Positions 35,791 through 48,060 of a stretch of DNA of 64,000 bases are shown piece by piece. Position 1 is the first letter of the stretch, and each line of letters opens with the position of its first letter. The notes beneath the pieces were generated by a model. It was not told where the DNA came from and did not search any database. It worked only from the letters and a program-made list of their open reading frames with translations. The position numbers were made by a program, and so were the translations under genes. Origin of the DNA: Blepharisma stoltei ATCC 30299 (Eukaryota; Protista; Ciliophora); contig CBFDEM010000041.1 in assembly GCA_965603825.1 (NCBI GenBank), positions 1-64,000 on the forward strand. Direction: 5' to 3'.

Positions 35791-38700
35791 TTACATTTCT
35801 TTATCCTCATTATTTAATACCACAATTTTGTTTCTGCTTCTCTTGCGTCTGATTATCCATATGACTAAGGCAGCTGCGAAAATTACGACATTTCCAGCAC
35901 ATAAAAATACAAAAGCTAGTAAATGCTGGTCAGTGCATACATTGAAAAGCGCCATACCTACTGTAAAAACACACATCAGGTATCCAGTAGAATTCCACAT
36001 GTTGAGTTTCCTTATAATACAAGGATTCATATATAATGAAAAAATCAGAATTATCGAAATGAAGGTAAAAGACGCCCACAGCTGATAGCTGATAAAAGTC
36101 CCATAAGGGACAAATGTGGCCGTCGCAGCAATTAATAGCTTACATTGGCTTAACACTACAAGAAAAGTAGCATCCATTTTGAAATCTAAGCCATAGTCTT
36201 GGAATTGAAGCAGTGGGAATAAAAAAGTGGCGATTGGATAGTAAACTGAAACTCCTAAAATTGCGAAAAAGATGTACCACCAGTGCTCAGGGGAAAAGCA
36301 TTGCATATCTACTCCATAGACTTTCCAAGGGTTCTGGGTCATATTGCACGCAAAAGTGTTTAAAAAGTTTTTTACTATCATAATGTAACAAGATCCACCT
36401 AAAATTTGGACTGACTTGCTGAGCCAGAATTGCCAAGTAAATAATTTAGCTGGATCTCCATTAGACATTTTTCCTAGTCTGCCTTGCTTGGCGTATTTCA
36501 TAGCTTTTTTCGCTAAAAATAGATATGCAAAAGTTAATCCGAAGCAGACCCAAAAGATTTCTCTGAAATAAGGGCTTTCAGCATATCCTGTTTCTGAAGC
36601 AGTATTCCCTTCTTTATTAATAATCTCCCATTGGACTTCTTCTCTAAACGCAATTGCAGACAGTGTATAAAATTCTACGACTTTGTTTATCAAAAAAATA
36701 ATATTCGTCGCATTTTTTCTGACTGTAAAATTATCTACTTTTGAACGCAATTTTTCATCTGCTTCCTTTATTCCTTCATCAAGCAGTCTTACAATTTCTT
36801 TGCTGATTTCAGGCCAATCTGGACTTTTTCTTCTTTCTTTAATGATTTCATCATCAGTTATATCTTGAACCATAGGTCTTATCTCTTCTCTTCCTGAAAG
36901 ATATCGATCTATTTTTATGAATAGTTTCACAAATAGCTTAGAAAAAAATTCAATTATGACGACGATCACATATGCGCAGCCGTCACAGCATTTTTCTATT
37001 TTATATTTTTTTCTTTTTTTTTGCTCCTGAAGATATAATTCATTAAGCTCACTTTGCATGAATATTTTTTGGTTTTCGTTAGAAGTTGTGGGTGGAGGGT
37101 CTATACTTGCTTTGGCTGTGGAAACAGTAAATGCTTCACGATGGGCTGTTAGTTCTTCTCCAATATCTGTTAAATCTTTTTTATTGACTTCATGCAAAAC
37201 GTCACCTGATTTTTTTAACCCTTCTCATATTTCTGGATTTCGAAGCACTTTTGGGATGTTATTCATAAGGTTTGGGTATAAATACTCAGTTATTAATTTA
37301 ATAATGCCTTCGTTTGGCTCAAATCTTTCGTATCGGATCTTAGCAAGGTCTAACAGCAATTCTTCATTAAAAACAGTCTCTGTCATTTTTTTCAGGACTT
37401 TTTTACCATTTTCGATTTTATATGAAATTTTCAGAAATGTCAAGTCTAAAAGAGAATCTGGGAAATATTCGGACGAAGAAAGACCACCAAGCTCTGTAAA
37501 GATTTTAAACGATTTATGATTAATTCATGGGGCTTCGTTCGGGTAGTCAACAGCAGCAAAAACATTAAACACAAGACTTAGCCAGTAATCTCTCAATTCT
37601 TTGTCACTTTGTATAGCAAAGCATTCTCGGCTGTTCGCAAGCTGATCATATCTTCTTCTTGATAAATTTTTCTTTTTGATAAATTCCAGTCTTGGATAAT
37701 TTTCTTTAATAATTTTTATTGCTTTGAAATATCTCTCATTTAGCTCAAGGAGCCCTTTTTCGCTTTCATCAGCCTGCTCTTTAACAGTATCTATCGGAAC
37801 TTCATCTAAATTCTCCAAATCAAAAGCAACGAGTGAGTCATCTTTTTTCTTGGCTGCAGCTTCTTTTAAAATCTCATTTTCTTCTTCAAAATTCGAGAAG
37901 CAGCCAAGCATTTTCCAGCAAGAAATTTTTTCTTTTTTTTTCATTTTTTCTAATAATTCTGCGTCTTCCATCTCTTTGAGTTTGCCCATCATTTCTGATT
38001 TCACAATAAATTTGTCGACTCTTAAATCAGGGTCGTCTTCTCTTACGCTTAGTCAAAAGAAAATGGCTCCATCTACTAAGTCTTTAAGAAGTTCTCCTAA
38101 GCCTGTAGATTTGCAGCGCTCATAAATTAGCCTTAAAATGTTTTCATTACCCCTAACAGCTATTTTTCTGAGGCCAATTCTTAGTTTTTCTACACAATAT
38201 TTGGCTCTTTTTTCTTCCTCCATTCTTTTGAGGACCATGTTAAAAATAACGCTGGCAGCTGAAACTCCTATAATACATATAAATCCTGTAATGGCCAATG
38301 CTGTGTTGATGGTGGTTGATAGTCCTGAATCACTCGTATATAATGCTAGAGCACAAGGAAGAATACAAGCTAGTGGGATTATCACAAAGAGCCAGCACAA
38401 TGAGGTAAGAATTGATATGCCAATTCTTCCATAAGAGTTAAGGACTTTTTTAATCTGAATAAAAGCTGTAAACATAATAGAAAGCACAGAAATGCCCACA
38501 CAGAGTGTACTGAATATATTTTTTTGGACTTTATTGCTTGATAAAACCATTCCAACAATCATTAAAGGCAGGATAAATAAGCAGATAAAATGGTTTATTA
38601 TTTGGTATTTTCTTTTCTTTTTGATGTAAAAAGCATTTAATGAGGATTCCTCTGATATTCCAGAAATCAGCTCTGTGAGAGAATCCAAAGACTTTTCATG

Positions 38701-40434
38701 GAGAGTCGTTCGTAAACTAATAGATGTCGCTAAGTAAGTGAATGGTAATAAAATAATGATACCTAAAATCACTCCAAGGGTCCAATCCAATGAAGATCCA
38801 TTACAGAATACATACACAAGCCCAGCTACACATAAGGAAAATGATACAAACTCTATTAACAAGGCAAAATTATACATTGAGAGCTTCATAATCAAAGCTT
38901 TTCTTTGTGCAGGCGCTAGCCTGCAAAACTTTACAAGCCCTAAACCCAAATACAAAATTGTAGAAATCAATGCAATTCCAAGCAAAAGGAAAACAATAGG
39001 CAGTCCATAAGTGTTTGAGATATCCCCAGTCATCATATAAGGTAATATAAATCCAATTGGAAACACCAAAAATACACACCCAAAAGCAATAATCATCTGA
39101 TAAACCGTCGAGTTTTGCAGTTTTATTAAAGACATTATTACCCAATACAATGCCGAAATAGGAGGAGTAATCACAGCCCATTCCAAAACAATTGATATTT
39201 TTGAATATGTAATATACATATATAAAGGAACACTTACAAGCAGAGGAACAAAAGACGATAAAATCGCACAGAAGCAAAATTTATCATCTTTTTGGATTTT
39301 TGACCCTGAAAATGGCACTCCAACAAGAGTGAACAGTGGGTTCAGTATAAAAATCATTCCACTTAAATAATAGCTTTCATTGGATTCTGAGTCTTTTGTG
39401 CCAGTAAAAAGGATAGATAAAGCATAGCATTCGCATCCCATCATTGTCATAAAAATCACTATAGATGGTATATTAAAGCACATTTTCCTTTTTTTTGAGA
39501 CTAAAACTGTGGATCTGCAACATTTATTTAGAATTTCGATATAAAAATTTGTCTCGTTTTTTGGGATTAAAAAATATTTCACATGAATAAACACCCAGGG
39601 AAGACCAATTATGAGGAGTATTGGAGCTAGCAGGTAGCTGAAAATTGAGACTATGAATGATTGATTAATAGTCCCAGTAAGCATAAATTTATATAAAGGA
39701 ATTCCTATACAAACCAAGGGGATTAAAATGCAGTATAACGATACCAGAATATTCGCAAAAGATAAAGAGTAGCGCGCAGCTGCATGCCGAAACCATTTTA
39801 ATAGTAAAAAAAAGCCCAGTGCAACAGAGAATACTGACAGTAAAAATGCGGTATTGAAATCCAAATTTCCTCAATAATAAATCATAGGCACACAAATTGG
39901 TGGAATAATAGCTGAAATAATGATTAAAATCAGCCATTTTCTTGTGATTCTTGCTTTTATAATTCTAAATAAACGTTACATAAACCCAGCTAATGCATAT
40001 ACAAAAAAAGTAGGTATAAGCACTCCTACAATAAAAGACTTATAAGCATCCACCTTGACTTCACTATTATGTGATGCTAAAACCATCAAAGCTCCCATCG
40101 AATATCCTACCCCCATAAATACAAATAGCATAATAAAATCTGTATATCCTCATTCTCCAAGCCACCTGCATAGCACATATTTCTTTACAGGAGGAGCCCC
40201 AGGACTATGCATTTTTTCGATTTTTTCCTTTTTGGTTCTAAAAAAAATATCATCATCGTCTTCATGATTTTCACTTAAAAGTCCACCAGAATCAATTGAA
40301 ACGTTTTCTTGGATTTCGTTTTTAGGCTGGCTGACTATTTTTGAAAACAGCAAGGAGCTTTCAGCTTCTTCAGCCTCTTCAGCATCTTTTTGTATTGGGA
40401 TGATTTCAGAGAGTTCATTAATTGTCATTGACAT
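35791..40434 (-). CDS. Very large polytopic membrane protein (~1542 aa), 15-nt intron at 39965-39979
   Basis: Five ORF-track fragments join in one frame with TGA=Trp once GTAACGTTTATTTAG is removed. More than 20 hydrophobic segments. Confidence 0.8.
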
Positions 40435-40473
40435 GATTATTTATATCAAGATTTTTCTTTAATTTCTTATAAT

Positions 40474-42294
40474 ATGGAGTCATTTGGAGCTGTGGCTGAG
40501 TCTTTCGCACAAAAGGAAGGAGGGCACATCCGCCAAGCACTGCAATTGATAGACAGAAAGCAGTACCCAAAAGCTCTAAAACATGTAGAAAAAGCTTTAG
40601 AGGCTTACCCAGAATCTGGAGAAGCCTTATCACTAAAAGGAAACATTCTAAGCTCCCTCGGCCGCAAAGATGAAGCAATGGACTTCGCTAAGCGAGGACT
40701 TATGAAAAACTTGAAAAGTGCCTTATGCTGGTTTTCCTTATCTTTGATTCAAAATAATGATAGAAACTATGCAGAAGCTTATAAATCTATACAAAAGGCT
40801 AACGCAATTACTCCAAATAACCCAGCAATTATAAGGAATCTCAGCTTGCTTCAGCTTCAAAATAGAGATTTCAAAGGTTTTCGGGACACTAGGCTGTCTA
40901 TTTTGACTGGAAATCCTGCAGTTGTCTTAAATTGGTCAAGTTATGCAGTTTCTGAATATTTAAGCGGGGATAATGAAAAAGCTTGTAAGGTCCTTGATTC
41001 TCTTATAAAAGCACATGAGAAAAATCTAAGTAATGCAGAACTGTCAGAAATTTATCTTTATAAGGCCAAAATTTTGGAAGAAATGAGAGATTTTGCTGCA
41101 CTGGAAAAGTGGCTAAATGAGAATAAGGCGAAGATTTTAGATCAAGTTGCTTGAAAAGAGATGATGGCTAGGTGTTTGCTAGAGCTAGGAGTAAAGGAAT
41201 CTGCAGAAATGGTAGTAAGGCAGCTATTAGCTTTAAACCCAGAAAACTTAATTTACCATGATTTATTGCAAAAGTGTAGAAATCCTGAAGAAATTTTGAG
41301 CGTCTATGCAGAGCTTCAAGAAAGTTTCCCAAGAAGTACTGCGATGTTCAGGATTGAGCTCGACTTATCAGACTCTACTCACTTTGCATCAGCTTTTGAC
41401 AGATATTTGACTAAGCGGATACGCAAAGGGATTCCTTCACTCTTTTTCGACATAAAACCACTCTTAAAATCCCCAGAAAAATCAGAAATTATCATCAACA
41501 TCATAAAGGCTCACATAGAAACTCTCTCATCATCCGAATCTTTTGCTATAATAGACTACAACACTTGAACCCACTCAAGTGGCCCCAAAGAGCAGCCACA
41601 ATGCCTCATGTGAATTTTTTTGCTTTTCAGCAAAATCCATGATTTCTTTAAAAACCATGAAGAAGCTTTATCAGTTATAAATCAAGCCATAGAGCACACC
41701 CCTACAGTCCCAGACCTATATTTAGCAAAAGGAAGGATTTTGAAGCACTTGGGAAGACTCCAAGAAGCCATCTGCGAAGTAGAAGAAGCCAGAAATTTAG
41801 ACTTTTCTGACCGATACCTCAACAATAAAAGCGCAAAATACTTATACAGGAATAACCAGACTGCACAAGCAGAAGAACTTCTAGGACTGTTTTCGAGAGA
41901 AAGAGGAGAACTGAATATTCATGATATGCAGAGCACTTGGGTAGAAAACGAAATGGGAGAAGCCTATTTGAGGCTTGGAGAAGTAGCGAAGGCTAAAGCT
42001 GAGTTTGAGTGGGTTGATAAGCAGTACTCTGATATGTTTGAGGACCAGTGCGATTTTCATTTTTACGTCATCAGAAAAATGAATTTTAATGCTTATACAG
42101 ATTTTTTGAAATTCACAGACAGCCTTTATAAACAAAAGCCTCTGCTCAGGGCTTGTAAAGGGATTATTAGGTGCCATTTAGCTAATCAAGAAGTTGTTTC
42201 GCTAAAAGATGCCCAAAAAATGGTGAAATTCTTGCTAAACCATCATCCAGAGGATGCAGAGGTTCACGATTTCGCTCAGCAACTTCAAATCTAA
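40474..42294 (+). CDS. NAA15: NatA auxiliary subunit NAA15/Nat1 (TPR), 606 aa
   Basis: KQYPKALK, GEALSLKG, NLSLLQLQNRD, KGIPSLF, AIEHTPTVPDLYLAKGRILKH and DRYLNNKSAKY. EQPQCLM-W(TGA) falls at a conserved Trp. Confidence 0.93.
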
Positions 42295-42345
42295 ATTAAA
42301 TATATACGCTTTTAATTTTTTTCCAAAACTGTAAATAAAATAAAT

Positions 42346-43326
42346 ATGGGTTGTGGGTCAAGCACAGAACAAAATCCAGCCACTTTAAATAAACCAACTA
42401 TAAACCCCTCTCTCACTCCTGTAGAAAAACCCAAAATATCGCTCTCAGTCGAAACTCAAAAATGTCAAAGCTTCTTTCCAGCCAAAATTCCAGCGCAAAA
42501 TATATCTACAGAATCTCAAACAGAAAGGGAAAGCTTTATTAGTGCTCAAGAAACCCAAACAGAAGTAATAGAATACGATGATAAACAAACTGGCACCTTG
42601 GAAATAGCAAGTGAAGGTTTAGAATGAAATGAGACGGAAACTCAAACGGAAAATGAAAACCCAGATGAAGATTTAGGGAACGAAATTAAAAAAATATGCA
42701 TAAATTTCAACATTGTTAATGAAGATTCAAAAAATGATGAAATCATTGGAGTAATTGAAACAATTATACAGCAGTGGAAAGAAATGGGAAATGTGCATCA
42801 GCATTTGCATACGAGGACAGAGCCTAACTTAATGGATTCTATAATGCTTAAGCGAGAAGATCCGAATAATGTTAGTCTAAGCACGCTTATTAGTGATGGC
42901 AAATTGACACCCCTTCCAGGAAATAAGGTCAAGGTTGTCACGAGGCAGCCAATAGTCAAGACAAAAATTTCAGCAGAGTCTCATGGAAGAAAAGGCCCAG
43001 CTGCTAAAGAAGAAACGGTAGAAAGCAAAATAAACACGAGAAACGCTCTTCTCAAATTAGTGAAATCGACATCTCCAAGCCCTGATCATATTTTGAAAAC
43101 AAGATTTGACGAAGAGCCCAAGAAGAACATGTCTCCATTTCCATTTCTTAAAAAGAGGAAATCAATTGAGTCAAAGCCACTTAGTGTCTTTGATCCGCTA
43201 AGATTCAAATTGCAAGAAAAAGTTAAAAAGCCAGGAGACAAGAGCCCAAAGAGGTTGTCACTAAATGAAGATATGTTAGGAAGCTTGCTTGGTGGGGCAT
43301 TGACACCTGATCCTTCGGATAATTAA
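42346..43326 (+). CDS. N-acylated (MGCGSS) disordered protein with repeated TQT-type motifs, 326 aa
   Basis: Single frame through TGA at 42625. Motifs VETQK, TESQTE, QETQTE, DKQTG and TETQTE. Confidence 0.75.
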
Positions 43327-43381
43327 TTAATAATATTTATCATCAATATACTTAATTTATATTTAGCAATAATCAATTATA

Positions 43382-44503
43382 CTAAAGATTAAAGTTCTTT
43401 TCATCTATATCATACTTTTCTAATATTTTCGATCTATTGTAGAGGTAAATCGCTGCTGTGACAACGACCAATGCACATATAAACGCCAAGTTGAATTCAA
43501 ACTCAAAGAGAATTGAGCTTAAAAACGCTGTGATAAACATAGAAACTGTCAAAGAGATAACATAAATGATATTATCCAAAAATTTGAACAGGAATGACAG
43601 ACTAAGTCCCATTGTTGACTGCACGAAAAGCACTTGAAATGTGTAAATATCCCACCCTTCAAAAACTCCTGGCTGTGAGTTGTCACTTTCTTCAGTATAA
43701 AATAAATAGATGGCATTCACTATGATTCCATAAATATATAAAACTGAGTTTTGGTACCAAATGCTGAGCTCTTTGGTCTTTTTGAAATACATTTCTGTAT
43801 AAATGCTAGCAGAAGTACTCAAAAGACACATCAAAGTGATAAATAAGAGACCCACAAACGTCTTGCTCCCATCAAAGCTAGCCTCAGATACTCCAGGAGT
43901 AGCAAGAACAGCTCCACAAGTAAGTAAAATTAATGACAGCCACTGTATATCAGACAGTTTTTTGCCCATAATGATCCTATAAAGCACTCCTGCAGTAATA
44001 ATTCTAATATTCCCAAATACATGGAATAACGCTGGGTCAATGTAGCTCAACCCATAGTAGACCAGTGTATTTGAGCCTGCATAAAAGACTGCAGGGACTA
44101 AAAAGTGAAGCGATTCTCTGAATTTTAAATTCGTCAGAGCACGTCGTCTGATACCTTCAGTGTTAGCCAAAGTGATGATTAATGCGGATCCACACACAAT
44201 CAACTTGGCAAGCTCCACAAGGATAACCATGGTCGTTTTGTTATAGTTGTATTTCCCATCTTCTCGGCGAGAGGCTGAAATAGCCAAGGGCTGTCACACT
44301 TTGATGCCGATAGCGAAAAGAATCATAAAGGCCTTGATATAATTGTCTGAATTTGGAGGTTTTTTGCTGACAAAGGAAGAGTCTAGTTCTTCTTTTATTT
44401 CGTTTGTGGGGATCAATTTGAACTCACCTTGGTCGGTTTTGGCAAAACTGAGTTCGATGTCAGCTTGCTTTGAAGGCTTGTTGGACATTTTATATTTCGA
44501 CAT
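43382..44503 (-). CDS. Nucleotide-sugar transporter (SLC35A-like), 373 aa
   Basis: T.V.LVELAKL, VPAVFY..SN.L, KKLS.IQWLSL, ASIYTE and KFLDNI motifs. TGA=Trp at 44294. Confidence 0.9.
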
Positions 44504-44804
44504 AAATATACTGGATAAACATGCTTATTTTTAAAATTTCTTATGTAGATTAATCAGTTAACAAAATAAAAATGAATTTGCATGCTTAGAATTGCTTAAT
44601 TATTGCTAATTAAATATTTAGTACAATTTTGGACATAAAGTGAAAGTTTATAATGAAATTGCGTGGAGGTTAATGATTATGCGATCGATTATATTTTCGT
44701 TACTCAAACTTATAGGCGAATAATCAATAATCAACTGAAAATTTTTTGAAACAGTTTTTTTATTTTGATATCCCCATGAAATTATGCAACAGCTATTATT
44801 TTAA

Positions 44805-45638
44805 TTAGATATTTATAGAGGTAATTGGCTTATCTTTACTAAGCCATAATTCAGGCAAGAACCAAAAACAGCACCATTTATTTTTTCCAAAAACTTCTTC
44901 CCAGTTCTTTTTTATTCCTAAATCATATCTGTTTCCAGGCAATTCTCCATTAAGTCTTACCAAATTATCCGTAAAAGTATACTCAATAGTCGTCAAATTA
45001 TTCAAGACCAAATAAGTGTGCAACGCAAACAGCAATCCTAGTCCCAGCATCATCGACCCACATAAAATAAAGGCAAATCTCACTGCTTCTCTATTTAAAT
45101 CAGACAATTCTCCAGTAAAGCTTTCGTCACCGTCTAAAATCTTTATAAAGCTATCCCACATGATTGCACAGATAATGAAAGTTCCAATTAAAATCCAAAA
45201 TAAAAGAAGGTAAAAATAGCGATAATTATAGAGCCCTATACAGTTGTTAACCCAAATACAGTGATGATCCATTTTAAGGACACATTTATTACAGGTTGAG
45301 CAGTGGTGAGCTCTAGGGGGCTTTGAAAAATTGCATTTTGGGCATCATTGAGAGTCTGATGATAACTCTAGGCTTTCTAAGGATGTTTCTTGAGGGGTTC
45401 CAGGATCTGTAAACGCAGCTTTGTAATAATTATAGAGAATATTGAATAAAATAAAAATTCCTATGAATGTATAGAACAGTGCTTGGGAATAGCTTGCATT
45501 GATAATTGAAAAGAGCAAGAAAAAGTAAAAATATGAAATCTAAATAGAAAATACGCTGAAAATAAGGAGGTTTCCAATGAGCAGACATATTCATCCACCC
45601 TTCTTTAAAGCTTTACAAGCAGCTTCTTTATTTATCAT
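44805..45638 (-). CDS. DHHC palmitoyltransferase, 272 aa, 15-nt intron at 45540-45554
   Basis: [33 protein letters not shown] and TTIE motifs. The intron GTATTTTCTATTTAG contains an in-frame TAG. Confidence 0.92.
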
Positions 45639-45697
45639 ATAAAAATATGAATATTTACTATTAGTTTCTACGCTCCCATACATTTTTCTTATTCAGC

Positions 45698-46657
45698 CTA
45701 GTTAATTTTAGTTATTTGGTCTCTCAAACACTTAATCCATTCCTCAGAAAATTTCGGCTTCAACCTCGGAATTTTTACTGTAAACTCCAGCCTTCTACTG
45801 AATTCTTCAATTTCTTTTTCCAGCTCTGGATACTCCATATCTCTATATTCCGACTTCGGCGATCCAGACGTGCTCGCAGTGGACGCTTTGCATCTTTTTT
45901 TCCCCTTGTTCCTTCTTTTTTTTTTCATGTCCTTCGCATCTCCATTAATAAACGACACAATGTCATCGACGCTCATAAAGCTGACATCATCATTGGTATT
46001 GTCTTCGCCGCTCAAAATTAGCTTAGAGTTCATCCTTTGTGAGTCCTCTTTAAAAACCTTGTCAGTGCTTTTCGTCGAAGACCTAAGTCTATTACTTAAA
46101 GACCTCAGCTCTAAGTTCAGGTTAATTACATCGTTTACCACACAGCTTTTATCTGCAACGCTAGGTGCAGCTTCTATTAAATTTTCAAAATGCTTTAGTA
46201 CTTTGTCGAAAAATGCGAGTTTTGTGACGTTCTCACAGGTGATGTAGGTCGGCTCCTTTTCAAAAATCCCTGTGGTGATTTTTCCGAGCTCGCGGGCTGA
46301 GTTTTCGACTGTGTGGAATGCTTCAGCAAGACAGAGAATCCGGAGAATTAAGCTTTGGGAATCAAGAGATGCCAAATCAGTGAAAATGTCTGAGACAAAC
46401 TGATGGACGGCGTCGTAGAAAATGCGGTAGATCATGTTGTAGGATTCTTGATGCACTATTTGTTTGACTTTTTGTGTCAGCTCATTGCGGTAATTGGTTT
46501 CTACCACCAGCTGGTATTGTTCGGGAGGGTCTGAAGCACGGAGATTCTCGAGCCGCTGAGCTTTGCGCTTTCTGAAGTCTTGGAGATACTCGTTGTAAAT
46601 TTTGGTGAGGGCTTCTTGCAGCTCGTCTCTAAGCTCGATTAAACTATTTGTGCTCAT
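45698..46657 (-). CDS. Hypothetical protein (319 aa) with basic NLS-like patch
   Basis: Long intact ORF. SVDDIVSFING followed by KKKRRNKGKKR. Confidence 0.8.
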   Translation of the reverse strand: MSTNSLIELRDELQEALTKIYNEYLQDFRKRKAQRLENLRASDPPEQYQLVVETNYRNELTQKVKQIVHQESYNMIYRIFYDAVHQFVSDIFTDLASLDSQSLILRILCLAEAFHTVENSARELGKITTGIFEKEPTYITCENVTKLAFFDKVLKHFENLIEAAPSVADKSCVVNDVINLNLELRSLSNRLRSSTKSTDKVFKEDSQRMNSKLILSGEDNTNDDVSFMSVDDIVSFINGDAKDMKKKRRNKGKKRCKASTASTSGSPKSEYRDMEYPELEKEIEEFSRRLEFTVKIPRLKPKFSEEWIKCLRDQITKIN

Positions 46658-47258
46658 ATTTGAGTGAGATTTTTATAAATCTAAATGGAAACTGAGGGCC
46701 TTGTGAGCGAAAATAGGAGAAAGTGTGTTTGTATAGGATTTTTATTATAATAATGCAAATACTTGAGAATGAAATTAGAGAAGTTCAATTAAATCACTCT
46801 GATATAATAATATACATTTCTGCTTAAAGATAAAGATAACAGTTCCTACATAACAATTGATTAAAGTGTGATAAGTAATTTTTTTATTTTTGAAGGAAAT
46901 GAACCAAATGAAATAGGTATCATTATTTGTGATTAGAAAACTTTGAATATAGCATGGACACACTCAATATGCCCTCGAAACTATAGATTTAGGAAATTCG
47001 GTTATTCGCTAGATACTCAATAAAGTCGATCTGAAAAGTGTAAGTCTAATGATTTAAATCTCTTTGACTGAGATTATGAACATTGACAAATGTCTTAATA
47101 TTGGCAGCTTGGAGAGCACAGTTAATTTTTCTGCTTCAAAAATCCCTTCAAAATTATTTTGATTAAATTTCACTATACAGCTTAGGTGGTTTCTACGATA
47201 TTTTAAACATAATTATCTTTTCTTTATTCCTTACTCTTCTTTAAAGTTTTATATTAAC

Positions 47259-47636
47259 TTATTCATAATACGATCCAAACACAATAACGACCGCAAAGAT
47301 ATTCCCTGATTGATATGAATGTGAAGCATAATTGTCAAATTTCGCATTCCATAAGCACTTAGATGCAACTCTCAGCCCCTGCCCCATATTTTCCCCTATA
47401 AAAGTCTGAACAATCAACTTGTATCTTGGCATCCTTAAATTTTTGCATCTGATCTTGACAATATTGCTGATTTCAAGGGCTAATTGTTGGGCAGTAGCGT
47501 TGTCGTATGATTTGCCTTCAAGCTTATCTTGTAAAACATCGTTGACTATTCTTTTTACTTGGGCCGGGTAAAATTTCTCTTCTTCTTTAGGCTCTGTGCG
47601 GTGGGCGGAAATGCCATATTCAGGTGGAACTGCCAT
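47259..47636 (-). CDS. Tctex-1 family dynein light chain (TCTEX1D2/DYNLT2B-like)
   Basis: PRYKLIVQTFIGE..GQGLRVASKCLW...DNYAS and VFGSYYE motifs. Confidence 0.92.
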   Translation of the reverse strand: MAVPPEYGISAHRTEPKEEEKFYPAQVKRIVNDVLQDKLEGKSYDNATAQQLALEISNIVKIRCKNLRMPRYKLIVQTFIGENMGQGLRVASKCLWNAKFDNYASHSYQSGNIFAVVIVFGSYYE

Positions 47637-48060
47637 TTATAAATTATTGCTATCATAAAGATTCTAAAATTATTTGAAATGATACAGAAAGCCATTTCAG
47701 CAGAATTTAATAAAAGGCTTATTTGAGAAAATAATTTCAAGATAATTCAACTTCTAAATAAATTATATTATCTATAATTTTATAGAAAAATTTGCGAATT
47801 ATCTCTAGGCAATTGTAATTCTCGTGAGATTTAGAAGAGAATATCCATAGATTGGCAAATTTATAAATTATGGCTTTCTTTTTAAAAGCTCAAATAAATC
47901 ATTAAATTTAGATATTCATCGATATATATTAAAATAATTTTTCAATCAATGTATTTTTTCAAATTAATCTGCAAGCAAAAATGATGGAATAGTCATTTAA
48001 ATATGACTATAAATTGATATTGTAAAAATCAATATAAATGTGGGAAATGTAATTATCAAT

